Assembly: GCF_910592395.1 (NCBI RefSeq)
Contig: NC_088308.1
Location: 248,001-312,000, forward strand
Source: Lineus longissimus
Taxonomy: Eukaryota
Direction of reading: 5' to 3'
Length of the DNA stretch: 64,000 nt
Shown here in pieces: positions 61,326 through 64,000 of the stretch; within the stretch, counting starts at the first letter, position 1; every line of letters begins with the position of its first letter. The translations under genes and the position numbers were made by a program. The notes beneath the pieces are model-generated. The model ran no database searches. It was not told where the DNA came from and worked only from the letters and a program-made list of their open reading frames with translations.

Positions 61326-62330
61326 TTTAATCTATTCAATGTTTGGTAAAAGGATGCCGCACATCAGACTTTGAATCAGCTGCACCACCACCAGTCAGAT
61401 TTTCCTGTTAGCAACTTAACTGTAGTGGAGAAGTCTCTTTGATGATGTGGTGTTATAACCAGTTGGGAATGTTAACATCTGTCTACTTTGATTTGTGAAA
61501 GTTCGTTCTCGAATACTACTTACGGAAAGTGGCCCCGGAGAGGGACCATTTTTGATTGGTGAACGGTTCGCCCTAAGTCTTCCATTCAGATGACACCATA
61601 CCAATCTTCATATCTTCTGCCTCACCGGCCATTGCATAGCCATACTCTCCGGAGTAAGTTGCCTTAAGATGTGTTGGTACTCACTTCAACCCGTCTATAA
61701 CGCTGGTTTTGTCATTCCCTAATACCTTCACACGCCTCAATAGAGCTAAGTTCAATCTCGTTGAAAGCTACAGTGCGAAATACACCGTCGCAACAACCAT
61801 GACAACAGCAAGCCTTACTAAAATAACTTGTTAGTGCATTTCCTAGGAGTTTACGAGGTATCTATATTCGGCATTCGATAACTCCATTAAAGAACAGTAT
61901 TGAGGCAGGTTAAAAATACCTTATTAAATCTGATATACTAATTTATTCCACTCCTTGCAGTTAGTTTTCCTTTTCGATGCCTTTAGCCCATTAAGCTTAG
62001 CAGGTCTGTTAAGTATTCTTCATGTCAGTTTCTTAATCACCTCTCACGTCTTGCCAAGTACAGTTTAATCAGGTTCATTTAGAAAGATTAGTCCGTCCCC
62101 TCTCGCTCATTTCATATAGTTAACTACACATCGTCTTAGATCGTTCAATCAAGCCACGCGTAGAGCCAACAGATCAGCTCTGTTGTCCCCATCAGGTGAG
62201 CGGCAGTCGAGCATTAATCAATAGTACTTCGTCCCAGATGTCAGCAACACAACGTTTAACTTGGCGAACGCAAATTGAAATGGGATCATTTTGTCAAGAA
62301 CAGGTCTCATGGGTGATTAAGAACATTAAA

Positions 62331-64000
62331 GCTGGCCAGCACGGGACCGGGTTACTTTCGAATGGTCTTAGCGAGGTCGAACTGCCAGATTAGCAAGGTG
62401 GTTGTGCTGGCCAACACGGGACCGCGTTACTTTCGAATGGTCTTAGCGAGGTCGAACTGCCAGATTAGCAAGGTGGTTGTGCTGGCCAGCACGGGACCGG
62501 GTTACTTTCGAATGGTCTTAGCGAGGTCGAACTGCCAGATTAGCAAGGTGGTTGTGCTGGCCAGCACGGGACCGGGTTACTTTCGAATGGTCTCAGCGAG
62601 GTCGAACTGCCAGATTAGCAAGGTGGTTGTGCTGGCCAGCACGGGACCGGGTTACTTTCGAATGGTCTTAGCGAGGTCGAACTGCCAGATTAGCAAGGTG
62701 GTTGTGCTGGCCAGCACGGGACCGGGTTACTTTCGAATGGTCTTAGCGAGGTCGAACTGCCAGATTAGCAAGGTGGTTGTGCTGGCCAGCACGGGACCGG
62801 GTTACTTTCGAATGGTCTTAGCGAGGTCGAACTGCCAGATTAGCAAGGTGGTTGTGCTGGCCAGCACGGGACCGGGTTACTTTCGAATGGTCTTAGCGAG
62901 GTCGAACTGCCAGATTAGCAAGGTGGCTGTGCTGGCCAGCACGGGACCGGGTTACTTTCGAATGGTCTTAGCGAGGTCGAACTGCCAGATTAGCAAGGTG
63001 GTTGTGCTGGCCAGCACGGGACCGGGTTACTTTCGAATGGTCTTAGCGAGGTCGAACTGCCAGATTAGCAAGGTGGTTGTGCTGGCCAGCACGGGACCGG
63101 GTTACTTTCGAATGGTCTTAGCGAGGTCGAACTGCCAGATTAGCAAGGTGGTTGTGCTGGCCAGCACGGGACCGGGTTACTTTCGAATGGTCTCAGCGAG
63201 GTCGAACTGCCAGATTAGCAAGGTGGCTGTGCTGGCCAGCACGGGACCGGGTTACTTTCGAATGGTCTCAGCGAGGTCGAACTGCCAGATTAGCAAGGTG
63301 GCTGTGCTGGCCAGCACGGGACCGGGTTACTTTCGAATGGTCTCAGCGAGGTCGAACTGCCAGATTAGCAAGGTGGCTGTGCTGGCCAGCACGGGACCGG
63401 GTTACTTTCGAATGGTCTTAGCGAGGTCGAACTGCCAGATTAGCAAGGTGGTTGTGCTGGCCAGCACGGGACCGGGTTACTTTCGAATGGTCTCAGCGAG
63501 GTCGAACTGCCAGATTAGCAAGGTGGCTGTGCTGGCCAGCACGGGACCGGGTTACTTTCGAATGGTCTCAGCGAGGTCGAACTTCCAGATTAGCAAGGTG
63601 GTTGTGCTGGCCAGCACGGGACCGGGTTACTTTCGAATGGTCTCAGCGAGGTCGAACTGCCAGATTAGCAAGGTGGCTGTGCTGGCCAACACGGGACCGG
63701 GTTACTTTCGAATGGTCTCAGCGAGGTCGAACTGCCAGATTAGCAAGGTGGCTGTGCTGGCCAGCACGGGACCGGGTTACTTTCGAATGGTCTCAGCGAG
63801 GTCGAACTGCCAGATTAGCAAGGTGGTTGTGCTGGCCAGCACGGGACCGGGTTACTTTCGAATGGTCTTAGCGAGGTCGAACTGCCAGATTAGCAAGGTG
63901 GTTGTGCTGGCCAGCACGGGACCGGGTTACTTTCGAATGGTCTCAGCGAGGTCGAACTGCCAGATCAGCAAGGTGGTTGTGCTGGCCAGCACGGGACCGG
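62331..64000. repeat. 75-bp minisatellite/satellite, at least 22 copies, running off the window end
   Basis: Unit gctggccagcacgggaccgggttactttcgaatggtct(t/c)agcgaggtcgaactgccagattagcaaggtgg(t/c)tgt. Confidence 0.96.

Noticed and set aside
11358..64000. CRISPR-like arrays or ribozyme-bearing repeats (hammerhead or HDV-like) among the tandem repeats
   Set aside because: No unique spacers. By eye I found no CTGANGA...GAAA hammerhead core, and the HDV-like P1 pairing in the 75-bp unit comes only from a palindrome, without proper L3/P1.1. A covariance-model search was not run.

Overview
Intron-rich animal (invertebrate-like) genomic DNA; the species cannot be determined from the sequence alone. 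All exon models were built by hand from GT/AG sites and reading frame. (1) A complete minus-strand vitamin K-dependent gamma-glutamyl carboxylase gene (GGCX; 15 coding exons, 2278-14327, ~751 aa, ending REDL). An intronless TRPV5/6-like channel ORF (5902-8082) is nested antisense in one of its introns, and an 89-bp minisatellite copies one of its splice acceptors ~16 times. (2) A ~36-kb, ~51-exon minus-strand gene (about 17800-54055) that the ORF track shows only as fragments. It encodes a ~1,970-aa secreted, strongly Lys/Cys-rich protein with a signal peptide and 12 tandem pairs of PAN/apple-like modules (24 modules). Every intron is phase 1, and microexons of 18-36 nt supply structural cysteines. 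The gene has grown by duplication of a 1.64-kb four-exon cassette. One intron holds an ~11-kb head-to-tail array of a ~1.36-kb non-coding element with Helitron-like ends, a tRNA-derived Pol III-like segment and two interleaved internal haplotypes. (3) Two tandem intronless rhodopsin-type GPCR paralogs (58937-61325). (4) Several minisatellites, MITE-like elements and tRNA-derived SINE-like elements.
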